From positions 62,001-126,000 of the forward strand of contig NW_015162009.1 of the NCBI RefSeq assembly GCF_001447785.1: 64,000 nucleotides of DNA, read 5' to 3'. This DNA comes from Gekko japonicus. Taxonomy: Eukaryota. Shown piece after piece: positions 1 through 11,670 of the stretch (positions are counted from its first letter, which is position 1; every line of letters begins with the position of its first letter). Under the pieces are notes generated by a model. It was given only the letters and a program-made list of their open reading frames with translations, did not search any database and was not told where the DNA came from. The position numbers and the translations under genes were made by a program.

Positions 1-245
1 GTGATTCTAAGAAAGTGAATTCTTCCACACATTCAATCTCTGCAACATCAACTGTTATTTTGATGTTTCTTTTCTTCTTGGTGATCATGAACTTGATCTT
101 TTTGATATTTAGGAAGAGGCTAAACTTCTCACTTTCCTCTTTGATTTTCTTGATCAGGTATCCCAGGCCTTCTTTAGTTTCCAAGAGGAGGGTTGTGTCA
201 TCAGCATATCATAGATTGTTGATACTATCAAGTAACAATGAGATG
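1..245 (-). mobile_element. RTE/BovB-like LINE reverse transcriptase fragment (decayed, runs off window start)
   Basis: Minus-strand translation INNL*YADDTTLLLETKEGLGYLIKKIKEESEKFSLFLNIKKIKFM resembles the BovB/RTE YADD region (INNLRYADDTTL...KVKEESEK.GL.LNI.KTK.M). Confidence 0.8.
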
Positions 246-734
246 CCACTTCTGGTGAGAACCCAGAAGTGATGTCACACCTGTATAGGAATTGCCAGAA
301 ACCCTATGATTTTACCACAGAGTTTTTGGCAATTCCTAGAGAGGTATGACTTTACTTCAGGATTTCCCCTGGAAGTGGCATCAGATTGTTGCCTGACAGT
401 ACCCCCCCATCCCAAAACTCCCAGCTCACAGACCAACAAAAATGATAATTTGCCAAAGACCATTTTAAACTCACATACCTAATGTTTTCATGCTGGTGCT
501 AAGCCAATCCTATGAGTAAAATCCCAAACCTTTCCTTTTTGTGTGTAGAAAAAAAAATTGTTCTCAACAGGACTGCTCACACAGGGACTAGGTATATAGC
601 CAGTGGGAGACATATGGGGGGGGGCTCACCTGCAAAGTTATGACACAGTGATGTCACTTCTGGTGTGATCCAGAAGTGATGTCATTGCAAGAAGTAACAT
701 TCAAGCATTTACCCCAGACTCCTCTATGGTTTAA

Positions 735-2545
735 CCATAGAATGTCACCTGTTAAGACGCCTTCCTTTCCAACTTTAACCTTGACAGTAGTGTTGCAATG
801 CAGTTGTCTCATCAAAAAAATCAACCTGGGATCAATGTTAAGATTTGTCAATTTCAGACATAGTCTATCCCTATCCAGGGAATCAAAGGCCGAGGCCAGG
901 TTGATAAAGGCCACGTATAAAGCTTTTTTTGTACCTCTGATTGCAGCTGTTGCCAAGTAATATAAAGTTTGACAATGTTCAATTGTAGAGTGCTGTTTTT
1001 TTTTAAGCCTATCTGCAGGGGGTGAATCAGGTTATTCTCAATGACACAATCTTCCAGTTTATTTTTTAGATATTTATAGTTTAGACACGATGGACAACAG
1101 ACTAATTGGCCTAAAATTATGAGAGTCTTCCCTATCTCCCTTCTTATAGACTGGTACCATGATACTTGAAGTCCAACCTTTAGGGAGTTTACCCATATTA
1201 TTAATTTGGCAAAAGAGTTTCATTAGTAAAGGGGCCCTCCAATCAATAAATGTTTTAAAACATTCTGCCAAGATCATATCCTCTCCTGAGGACTTGCCAT
1301 TTGGAATTGACTCCACCAATGATTTCACTTCAGATTCTGACACGGGAGGCCAATTAAACACAGTAGATAATGGTTCACATGAATACAAATTGTCATGGTC
1401 ACAGCTAAAAATCTTCAAAAAATGATTATACCAAACTTCAGGCTGGATAGGCTGGATAGGAGAATCTAAGCCTGAATATAAAACCAACAGTGACCAGGTC
1501 CCAAAATCTGCTGTCATTTTTATTATTCACAGCTTCCTGCAGCTCAGACCAATAATGAATGGCATATTCCTTTTGGTGTAGTGGTTAAGTGCGTGGACTC
1601 TAATCTGGGAGAACCGGGTTTGATTCCCCACTCCTCCACTTGCACCTGGTTGGATGACCTTGGGTCAGTCACAAGCTCTGGCACAGCTGTTCTTGAAAAA
1701 GAGCAGTTTCTGTCAAGAGCTCTCTCAGCCCCACCTACCTCACAGGGTGTCTGTTGTGGGGAGGGGAAGGGAAAGGAGTTTGTAAGCCACTCTGAGACAC
1801 CTTTGGATAGTGAAGGGCGGGGTATAAATCCAATCTCTTTTCTTCTTCTTCTTTTCCATTAATAGCTCCCTATATTGACTTTTAGCCCATCTTAGGGATC
1901 TTAGGGATCTCAGATCCCATTTCTTTCTGGCCACCCTGACACAGTTCATTAAATGTATTTTTTTGCTGTAGGCACTCTCTGTCAAACCAAACATTACCAG
2001 AAGGGCGGGGTGATTTAGCAGGCTCCTTACAAATTAATAAGGGTTTTAAATGATGTGTGATTTGTTCATAATAGTCGATTACATCAAAATCATTTTGACC
2101 AGAGTCCATGATTTCTCGTATATCTCCCTCATTATTCAAGACCTGGGCGATTAGATTTTGGGTTCGGGCAAACCAGATGGGTCTCTTATGGATTAACACC
2201 TCACTGTTAGATTTACAAAGTATTTTGGGTGATTCCCCCCACAGCCAAAAGTGATTCTTAATAGATTATGATCACTGTAGGTTGTGTCTAACACCTCAAA
2301 AGAGTATATTTCCTTTACAAGTTCCATAGAGGCTGCCAGATAATCTATCAGACTAGCCCAAGAGGCAGAGACATATGTAAAAACTCCTCCTGAGATATCA
2401 AAACCTGAACCATTCAACAAATATAAGTTGAATGTTGACAGTAACTCCAAAAACTTCCTGCCAGCTTTATTGATCACTGGATCCTGTTGTGCCCCCTCTT
2501 CCACTAGCAAGCCCTCATTACTGTTCTCTCCTTCATCGGTCAGAT
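735..2545 (-). mobile_element. RTE-X-like LINE ORF2 fragment (APE endonuclease C-term to N-terminal RT), frameshifted, split by a SINE at 1572-1856
   Basis: Motifs in order: FTYVS..SLIDY..SDH (2193-2510), WFDREC, GKSSGEDMI..VPVYKKGD...NFRPISLLSIVSKL (1074-1517), LYVAFINLASAFDSLDRDRL (654-956). Clade call is from recalled motifs. Confidence 0.8.
1572..1856 (+). mobile_element. Squam3-type tRNA-derived SINE (long variant)
   Basis: A box TGGTGTAGTGG, B box GGGTTTGATTCCC, L2-like tail TGTAAGCC..GGGCGGGGTATAAAT then (TCT)n; near-identical to copies at 4748 and 21116. Confidence 0.9.
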
Positions 2546-2554
2546 TGTTGTTTC

Positions 2555-2896
2555 CTCTTTTTTTTAATTTTTATTTCTAATTTTACAATCATATGGAAAA
2601 ACATAATTACACTTTAATGTTTTGAGTCTAGAACCACATTATTATCCAACCAAACATATACTCTTGACCATCGCTTCTCGTAGTTCTTTTTGTCCTTACT
2701 TTGCAAAATAACATTCAATATATCCATTTCTGTGACTTCTAACAATCTATGAATTATTTCTTCTTTTAGTGGGGTTTTCTCAGTGTTCCAATATTTGGCT
2801 AAAAGAATTCTTGCTGCGGTTAAAATATAAATTATAATGTAACATTCATTTTGATTATAGCAGTCTGGTATAATATTTAACAAAAAGGTTTCAGGT
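2555..2896 (-). mobile_element. L1 LINE 3' end (ORF2 C-terminus, short UTR, A-rich tail)
   Basis: ORF 2614-2883 ILTAARILLAKYW...RWSRVYVWL is typical of non-mammalian L1 ORF2 ends; T-run at about 2558-2575 is the tail. Confidence 0.8.
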
Positions 2897-3637
2897 CAGG
2901 CCCATAGCAACCGCGGGGGCCATGCACCCCCCACATATTTACAGACCCCTCCCCAATTTTCGGGTCCTCCCTGTTTCGGCCCTCAGCCCAGTAGCCTCGC
3001 TCAGTGCCCCTTGCTGCTGCTCCTGGGTACGTGCCTCATGCCTGCTGCCGGTGCCCACTTTCCCCGGGTTCATCCTGCAGCTCCCTAAAGTGGTGGAGAT
3101 ACTGTGGTTTGATTTCTTTATTCTTCCCGCGGCCCGTCGGGGCCAGACTCATGCAGGTGGGAATAGGTGCTCGATGCCATTTAGAGTGACCTTTGATTCA
3201 ACCAGCCACAGAGTGCAAATCCCTCACTTGACTCTCCCCTGAAGACCCTGAGCTCACCTGCCCCCGATGGCCAGTGACTCGGCAAGAAAGCTGCTCCCAT
3301 GGGGGGGGGGGTTGCAGGAAGGTGGCATTGCAGAATGAGATGCCACGGCCACAAACAAAGGGATGGGGTGGGAGAAGTGCTCTGCACAGAAACTCTTGCA
3401 GCAAAAGTAACCAGCCAGCCGATGGTCAGAGGCTCCCTTCCGCAGCACGCTCAGAAAAGGGATGGGGGGGAGATTTGTGCAAAAGGCCATCAGAGAAAGC
3501 CTTCTTTGTATGATGTCTGTGCAGGGCTGCTTTAGAAGTTCCACCCATTAAATCAAAGTTAATTTAATTAACTTTAATTTAATTGGCTGGTGGGGCCCTG
3601 AGGCCCCCTCCCCCAAAACTCCTTAGCTATGGGGCTG
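2897..3637. mobile_element. Non-autonomous hAT DNA transposon (CAGGCCC.TAGC TIR type)
   Basis: TIRs CAGGCCCATAGC / GCTATGGGGCTG; 8-bp TSD TTTCAGGT (2889-2896) / TTTTAGGT (3638-3645), one mismatch. Confidence 0.75.
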
Positions 3638-3724
3638 TTTTAGGTCCTGTCATGCCCTCTCTTCCCCTATCAAGCCCTAATTCCTGTTCTCTCCTCCATC
3701 AGTCAGATCGTTGTTTCCTAAACC

Positions 3725-4135
3725 TAGGTTTGCCAACCCCCCCGGTTTGCCAGGGGTCCCCCTTTTGGGGGGGGGGATCTACCCACCGCCAGCCAAATGG
3801 CCGGCGGGGGAAGTCCCACCCCCAACACCCACAGCCACCCATCTCTCTCCCTTTAAGGGTGTGCAACCCATGTTTCATCCCAAGCGCGAACTCCGCAAGC
3901 TTGCAGGGAAAAGCCAGCTTTGTTCTTAAAAGGGAAACACAGCTTCTCTTAAAGGGGAAACGCCGGCTGCCGGCTACTTTAAGTGCATGGAACTGCTGTT
4001 TCTGGAGGTCCAGCGCACGGCCGGGGGATGGCAGACATCCCCAATGTGACGTCATCACGTTGGGGATGCCCCACCCCTTCCAGGAACGCCCCCAAAGTCC
4101 CCCGCTGGGGGTGGAAGATGGACTTGGCAACCCTA
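3725..4135 (+). mobile_element. Young non-autonomous hAT element (TAGGGTTGCCAA TIR), copy 1
   Basis: TIRs TAGGTTTGCCAA / TTGGCAACCCTA; perfect 8-bp TSD CCTAAACC (3717-3724, 4136-4143); homologous to 30401-30739. Confidence 0.92.
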
Positions 4136-4747
4136 CCTAAACCGGTTCTGGCATACTACTACATAGAACATCACCTACCCATTAATGTCACTTCCAGGTT
4201 GCTCAGAAAGTAACTTAATCACTTCATTCCTGAAGATCTGGTGGTAAAGCCTGGGGAAGGTAGAGTTTGGAGGTAGGAGGGACCTCAGCCGGGCATAATG
4301 CCACTGATTCCATCATCCAAAGCTGCCATTTTCTCCAGTGGAACCGTTCTCTGTCATCTGGAGATGAGTTGTGGTTCCAGGAGATCTCCAGGCTTCTTCT
4401 GGAGACTGGACACCCTAGGGCATCCCTCTGGCCATCACCCAGACTTTCCAGGATGGCCTTAATGGCCAATCCACCTCTATATGCAAGATGTAGTGAATGC
4501 CCCAAACCTGGGATTTCTGTCTCATAACAGCAGCACAAAGATCAGGAACCTCTAGGAGATTTTAAACAATTGCTTAACAGGGCAATACGGTTTTCAGCCC
4601 CAAGGTCCAGGTGGGTGTTTCCCCCTCTTTTGTGGGCTTCAAGCTGCCCTGGCCAGCTGGGCTGGTGGGGCAGGTGGCCACAGTTGGGGTGGGGCTTGGG
4701 CAGCCCCACCCACCCTTGAAACAGCCCCAAAATCCCCCCACTGGAGT

Positions 4748-5036
4748 GAGAGAAGAGAAGAGGATTGGATGTATACCCCGCCCTTCACTACCCAAAGGTG
4801 TCTCAGAGCGGCTTACAAGCTCCTTTCCCTTCCCCTCCCCACAACAGACACCCTGTGAGGTAGGTGGGGCTGAGAGAGCTCTTGACAGAAACTGCTCTTT
4901 TTTCCAGAACAGCTCTTATCAGAACTACGGCTTGCCCTAGGTCATCCAGCCAGGTGCAAGTGGAGGAGTGGGGTATCAAACCCGGTTCTCCCAGATTAGA
5001 GTCCGCGCACTTAACCACTACACCAAACTGGTTCTC
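4748..5036 (-). mobile_element. Squam3-type SINE
   Basis: Reverse complement of the 21116 copy, with A/B boxes and L2-like tail. Confidence 0.9.
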
Positions 5037-6033
5037 GCCAGTGAGGAGGGGACCTGGCAGCCCTACAGGGCAACATGTTTGGAGGGAACATATCCCTTAG
5101 GAATCAGACCAAGTACTATTTGGGTTTGATTCCAACATCTTCATTTTAATTTTCTTTCTCCTTTTTGATAAATGAACCTATGGATCTTAATGGAGGGGCA
5201 CCAGTTCTCATTTCCTTATGTTAATTTTCCTCCCCGAATTGGTGCAGTTCTCAATGTTATCTTTGCACACTAATTGCATACAAATATTGTCTATCCGAAG
5301 ACCGTAACAATGGCTCAAAATTGTGCTCACATAGAAGTGGTACAAAAATGGTGTCCAAATGGTGTAAAATCATCCTTAGGAACAGCAACAATAATTAGGT
5401 AAACCAAACCCAGTAAACACAGGCGCAAATGAGTCAAAAAGATTTCCTGATATCAGATGCAAAGGAGACCATTGCCCAAAGGGGTCTTCCTAAAGGGATG
5501 CGGTACAAACAGGGTGGGGGAAGCACCTAGGTTCTCCTTTAAAAAGTGTCTTGATACTCAGTGATAAGACATCAGTTCTAATCTTGGTACCATATTCAAG
5601 CTGCATTCCAGGTTGCAGCAGGATTCTGAGCACGTTGCGCAGACTGACAGAGCAGCCATTCCAGACAATTGGTTCCCCACGGGTCAAGACAGCAATGCTC
5701 GATCAGGATTCAAACGGGTCATAAAGCCTTCATGGATCTTGCTCAAGTGGGTGGTGATGTCTCCCTGGGGCAAGCTCATCATTTTCAGCTACAGTCAAGC
5801 ACTTGTCATTACAGACAAAGTTCCTCCCGTCAACCGTCACAAGCGCTCATTTTAATCGACTCTTAGAACTGCAAATCTTATCGGCACTTACCAACTCTAA
5901 ATATTATGTCACCCACGTTGGGCAATTAATGCATGAACACACTCAAAGCTCTTCCTAATTTATTATGATGATGAGTCTGTCATCCCCTTTCCACACTATT
6001 CCAGTGATCTTTCCCAGTCTCCCTTCCAGTTTG

Positions 6034-6315
6034 GAGAGCCAGTTTGGAGAAGTGGTTAAGACTGGCAGGCCTCTAATTTGGAGGACCGGGTTTGATTCCC
6101 TACTCCTCCACATGAAGCCAGCTGGGTGACCTTGGGCCAGTCACAGCTCTCTCAGAGCTCTCTCAGCTCCACCTACCTCACAGGGTGTCTGTTGTGGGGA
6201 CAGGAAGGAGATTGTAAGCCAGTCTGAGACTCTGTGTGAAGGGTGGGGTATAGATCCAACTCTTCTTCTTCTTCTTCTTCTTCTTCTTCTTCTTCTTCTC
6301 CTCCTTCTCCTCCTC
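6034..6315 (+). mobile_element. Squam3-type SINE (short variant) with expanded (TCT)n tail
   Basis: GAGAGCCAGTTTGG head and B box GGGTTTGATTCCC; lacks the central insert of the long variant; (TCT)n at 6261-6300. Confidence 0.85.
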
Positions 6316-7666
6316 CAGTTCCTAAGTTAGGCTTGATCTATGCAGACAGATTCCCCCAACTACAACAGCCTTGTAGTATAAAGGTCTTGCTAGAGCCAGA
6401 GTACATAACGCTCCCCTTGGAAGGTACTAATTTTTTAGTCTGCATCTTTGGCGGGATGCCATGGGATAGCCATGGGAGCACTACACTTCCCAGATGTTGC
6501 GGTATGATCGCACCCAGAAAATCCGCCTATCATCCCTATCTTTAGTGCTGCAAATGCTCCGTGTGACTGGGGCCCCTACGAGGTACTGGTTTCCAGACAC
6601 CGCGAGGCAAGGGCGGGCATCTGATCACGTTTCCGGTGGACTCCCGTGGCATCCGGCGCCCACCGATGTTCCTTTGCAAACAAGGGTTTTTTCCCCCCAA
6701 GTCTCCGCAGGATGCGCAAAAGCGCCCAACGGCGCATGCGCACAAACTGCGGTAAAATGAACACCCGTTTGCCATGGGTGCATCTCTATATTACTGAATT
6801 TAAAAACAAACAAACAACATTGCAGTGCCTAGAATTGAAGTAATACTGCATTGCCAGATCAAATATTTTATGTCTCATGCTACAAAGTAATCAAGCAAAA
6901 GTGCAAGTTGGAGCACATAACAAGCTAAACAGAATCAAAGGCTCTAGAAGTCACTTATACTTCACTTTCATAGCTTATAACAGAAAAAAATGTAGTCTCT
7001 GGTTCATCTGCACATGTATGGCTACTGAATGCAATCTCTGCGATGTATTTCTGATCTCTGTACAATGTGTCATCATATTAGGAAAGAAACCATTTCTTTC
7101 TCCCTATTTATTTCTTAATCTTATTACACAATGAAGTGGACCGTTTGTACTTTGAGAGCCTGAGGAGAAAGGGAAAGCCATAAGAATACTTCTGAAGGAA
7201 ACAGAATGAGGGTCTATAGAAACCTGAGAAAGTATAACTAAAATTTCATAATTTGTAAGATTACAATAATGACTGAAACAGCCCAACGGTCAACAAAAAC
7301 ATTTCTTGACAGACAACCTAAGAGATCTAGTGTAATGAATGACATCACATCACATTGTAACCCATAGGATCTACCCAAGGAAGAGAATCATAGGAACAAC
7401 AGGAACTGCCTACTGGGAGTCAGGTCATGTGACAACATTCCTCTCCTGTAACTGGAACATACTTAGCCAACTGCCTGAACATTTTTTTTAAAAAAACCTA
7501 CCTCTGAACAGCTGATCCTGGCACTGACATCCTTGTGTCAAACCCTCGTCTCAGCCTGCCCTGGGAGTGAACAACCAGAACTTAATCACCACATGCCACA
7601 GAAGCCTAGTCAGAAAAATAAATGGTGTTGGCAAGTCATTCAGCTACTGCAGAACATACAGGAGCA

Positions 7667-8131
7667 TCTATATATATAATAGCCAAGGCGCCCCCTTGTG
7701 TGTGGATACTTATTTCTGCACATCGGGGGCAACTGGAGGGGAGGGAGAGTTTTCTGCACACGTGTGCTCAAAAATCAGAAACCCTGTAAAAATATCGAGG
7801 GGATGTTTAAATCCCCCCGAAACTGACAGAGCGTCCCCTGTGCATGCGCAGGGAATGCTCTGCAGCCGGCCTTCCGCCGCCGTGGGGGGGGGGAAGAGAG
7901 CAGCGAGGGACGAGCGGCAAGCCGCTCAGCCCTCACTTTGGAACCGGGGGTGGGGAGAGCAGCGAGGGACGAGCGGCAAGCCGCTCGNNNNNNNNNNNNN
8001 NNNNNNNNNNNNNNNNNNNNNNNNNNNNNNNNNNNNNNNNNNNNNNNNNNNNNNNNNNNNNNNNNNNNNNNNNNNNNNNNNNNNNNNNCTCTGCCTCCCC
8101 CCCCCCGTGAGTATTGCGGGTCCGCCCCTTG
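7667..8131 (+). mobile_element. Non-autonomous Helitron with internal minisatellite (spans an assembly gap)
   Basis: 5' TCTATATATATAAT after host A; subterminal hairpin CCCGTGA-GTA-TTGCGGG (8104-8120); ends CTTG before host T; no TSD; about 59-bp repeat containing GAGAGCAGCGAGGGACGAGCGGCAAGCCGCTC at 7896 and 7955. Confidence 0.72.
7988..8088. other. Assembly gap (N run)
   Basis: Run of N. Confidence 1.
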
Positions 8132-8195
8132 TATTTCCCTATAAGTGACAGCTTAGATGAAATTCCTACCCAGATACTAATAGATGTGGTCTCAG

Positions 8196-8400
8196 GACAA
8201 GGCTGAGTATGTATGGAGTAGTGGTTAGTTTGGGACTAGGACTGAGAAGGTCTGAATGCAAAACCCTACTCTGCTATGAAAGCTCACCGCGTGACTTTGG
8301 CCCAATCACTGTTTCTCAACCTAACCTTCCTCCACTGGGTTGTTGAGAGAATAAAATGAGGGAGCGGAGAACCATGCGTGCGATCCTAACATCGGTCGAA
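8196..8400 (+). mobile_element. Old MIR/Squam3-like SINE
   Basis: Degenerate TGGAGTAGTGG A box and CTCTGCTATGAAAGCTCACCGCGTGACTTTGG core. Confidence 0.6.
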
Positions 8401-9619
8401 GGATTTTTTAAAAAGTAGTATGAACAGTCTGACTTTACTCATCTTCACTGACGTGGTTGATCATTCTCAGTGTCAAAACAATATCCAAATCCTACATGGT
8501 TTTTTAAAAAACCTCAATCTGGTGTGTGTGTATGGGTGTGTAACATTTATTAGCCACCTTTCTACCTTGCACAAGTCAAGGCAGCTTAAATGTAAAAAAA
8601 CCCCAACAATGGTGATGATAGATGATGATGATGTTAGATAGATAGACAGACAAATGATATGTCGATAGGCAGATGATACATAGATGACCCCGTTTAAGAT
8701 CATAACTAGAAATGCCAATAAATTATTAAAAACCTAAATTAGTCATATATAGCCATATACAGAAAACTCAATTTTGCTTTAAGGTATGGTAATCAATATT
8801 TACCATGCTGAGCTCCTTGGAGGGAGGGCCCAATAAAATAAATGTGCTTCATAGACAAAGTCAGAACAAATACCAAATATTGGAAGGGGAGCAGGAATCT
8901 ATGGTAGTCCTTTATGCCTCCTAGTCTATTCCTGGCTGCATTTATGAATGCAAAGGCATTGCTACACCACTGAATGGATAATGTGAATGAATTCTGACCA
9001 CTATTACAGGAAAGGTTGGCTGAGACTGTCATTAAATGCAATTTTTCCATAGGATTCCCATAAGCTGAAAGAACTCACTGAAGCCTAAGCAAAACATTAT
9101 GCCACAGCACATCCATGTAAATCTGAAATGCTTCTATTTGGATTGAGCTTATAGTATTCTTCTGGACCAGGGTATGAAATATTCATAGCTGACTTCCACA
9201 AACACCCCAGTTTGGTGTCAGATTAGGCCTTAAATCCTAGAGAAGAACTTGGAAAATGTCAAGCAAGTGTGAGAGCTGCTAGAGCAAACAGATGGGGATG
9301 CTCTAGTGGGGTAGACTGGACTTTTAAAGTACCGAGGGACCAAGCTGGCTCCAGTAAATACAAGTAATGAGAACACCAAATTTAGCTTGACCTCAGAAGT
9401 CACATGTTTAGATCTCACAAACGTCAAAATAAGCTATGACTTGACAGCACATATGTACATACATTTGTATTCTATGAAGAGAGGATGACATGGAGCATTT
9501 CTACTACATATCAGGAAAAGTAACTGACAAGCATCCAAACAATGGCCCCAGTACATGATGGGCCATTGTACCCCTGGGCCTACAGTTACTAGGCCCCCCT
9601 GGCCACCAGCAGGGGATGT

Positions 9620-10079
9620 GGGGTACAGTTCCTAGATTCAGGTTGGAATATTCCCAGAGATTTGGGAATGGAGCCCGGGGAGGGCAGGGACCTCAGTGAA
9701 GAAGAAGAGCTGGTTTGTATACCTCATTTTTTTCCTGCTCTAAGGAGTCTCAAAGGGGGCTTACAATAACCTGCTCTTCCTCTCCCCACAACAGTCACCT
9801 TGTGAAGTACATGGGGCTGAGAGAGTTCTGAGAGAACTGTGACCGGCCCAAGGTCACCCAGCAGGCTTCATGTGGAGGAGTGGAGAATTCAAATCAGTCC
9901 CCCAGATTACAATCTGCTGCTCTTAACGACTATACCATGCTGACTCTCATTGGGGTACAATGCAGAGTCCACCCTTCAGAGCATCCATTGTCTCCCAGGG
10001 AACTGATCTCTGTAGTCTGAAGATGAACTGGAATCCCAGGGGATGCCCAGGAATCCTCATCTGGAGGCTGGCATCCCTA
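9620..10079. mobile_element. Older TAGGGTTGCCA-type MITE interrupted by a Squam3-type SINE (about 9698-9948, minus)
   Basis: MITE reads ...GGGACCTCAGTG, then the SINE, then resumes GGGGTACAATGC...GGAACTGATCTCTGTAG...CTGGCATCCCTA; related pieces at about 4230-4417, 46584-46766 and 59404-59530. Confidence 0.7.
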
Positions 10080-10533
10080 CCTGGGCCTGGCCAAATAGAC
10101 TGTTTGGATTGGCCATATAGAATGTTTGGACTGGAGGCTGCTGTAGAGTCATATGTTAAGGCACCCTGAACAAGAACATTACGAAAGTCTAAGTGTAATC
10201 AATAAAAGTAATTGTATCCACAGAACAACTAGCATGTGTGTAACAGTTGCAGTATCAGGATCTAGAAGATAAAGGCCAAAGCAGATAAGATATTGGGAGA
10301 TATCTGAATGGACCAGCCAATTTATTTTTTTAAGTAAATTGCAGCTATGGATGCCCCTGATTCAAATTGAGGATGCCATCCGGGAAGAGGGCAGTTTCAC
10401 CCATCAAAATGGCTAGCAGAGATTTTATTAGCCCTGGAAGGGAGGAAAAGACAGGCATACTTCCTTTGCCTGGCTTTTAAAAAATTCTTTCAAGATTAAT
10501 AATAACTGTTTGTAGTATGTGTGGGGTCCTTCA

Positions 10534-10558
10534 AGAGAAGAAGAAGAAGAAGAAGAAG

Positions 10559-10590
<32 letters not shown>

Positions 10591-11208
10591 GTAGTAGTAG
10601 TGTAGTAGTAGTAGTAGTAGTGGTTTTTACACCCTGCTCTTCTCTACCCTGGGAGGGGCTGCGGTGGCTTAAGTGGTTAAGATGCTGAACTGCAAACCGG
10701 AAGGTTGGTAGTTCAGCAGTTTGAGACCTGAGTGCCGCATGACGGAGTGAGCTCCTGTCTCTGGCCCCAGCTCCCACCACCAAGTTTGAAAACAAGAAAT
10801 TGCAAGTAGATAAATAGGTACCACTTTGGTGGGAAGGTAACAGCGTTCCGTGCACCTCGGTGTTTAGTCATGTCAGCCACATGACCACAGAAATGTCTTT
10901 GGACAGCGCTGGCTCTTCAGCTTGGGAACGGAGATGAGCACCGCATCCCTAGAGTTGGATTTGACTGGATTTCGAGCAAGGGAAACCTTTACCTTTCTCT
11001 ACCCTAAGGAGTCTCAAAGCAGCTTACAATCACCTTCCCTTCCTCTCCCTACAACATATCTGTGAGATAGGTGGGGCTGAGAGGGCTCTGAGAGAAATGT
11101 GACTGGTCCAAAGTCACCTAGTAGGCTTCATGTGGAGGAGGGAGGAATCAAACCTGGTTCTCCAGTTTAGAGTCCGCTGCTCTTAACCACTGCACCACAC
11201 TGGCTCTC
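10534..11208 (-). mobile_element. Squam3-type SINE with (AAG)n(TAG)n tail, split by a Sauria SINE
   Basis: Compound microsatellite at 10535-10620; body resumes at 11006; head ends ...CCACACTGGCTCTC. Confidence 0.85.
10651..10994 (+). mobile_element. Sauria SINE, full length
   Basis: tRNA-like head, GCAAGTAGATAAATAGGTACC core, (ACCTTT)n tail; 11-bp TSD TTCTCTACCCT (10640-10650, 10995-11005). Confidence 0.9.
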
Positions 11209-11670
11209 ACATGTGCGGGAGGTTTCCCCAATCTCCCTCAGCACCAGTAATCTAAATTGGGGTCCCATACAGAAGTCACCTACTTTTAAGAAAACTGGGA
11301 AGATCTAGTCATAGAAGTTCTTTCTGGTGACTCAGCTGACTCTAAACTGAGGGAGGATTCAGATGGAGTCCTCTTGGAGGACATCCTATTTTATTAACCA
11401 TCACTGTAAAAAACCCACAACTATTTGTAATGGGTTGGATCCCATGAACGATGGAAAGAGGTGTGATTTTTGCTACTTCTGTCCTCCTATGGCAGACCTC
11501 CAGTTTCCCCCCCCCCCCAATGCTGCTCCCGAGAGTACGCTGTCCCCCAGGAGCAGCATTTTGGTGATTATTTTGAACAACACTGTGAAAGGGGTACCAG
11601 GAAAATCTGATCCATTAATGGAAACACCTTCTATCACTGGATATGTTCAGGAAGTTCAAACCTACTTATT

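Noticed and set aside
1581-1862. Recurring ORF MVKC.DSNLGEP.LIPHSSTCTWLDDLG (also at 4803 and 21132) as a multicopy gene
   Set aside because: Incidental translation of SINE copies with GTG starts
5100-5940. Possible endogenous viral element or exon
   Set aside because: No long frame or recognisable viral or host motif on either strand; better explained as non-coding
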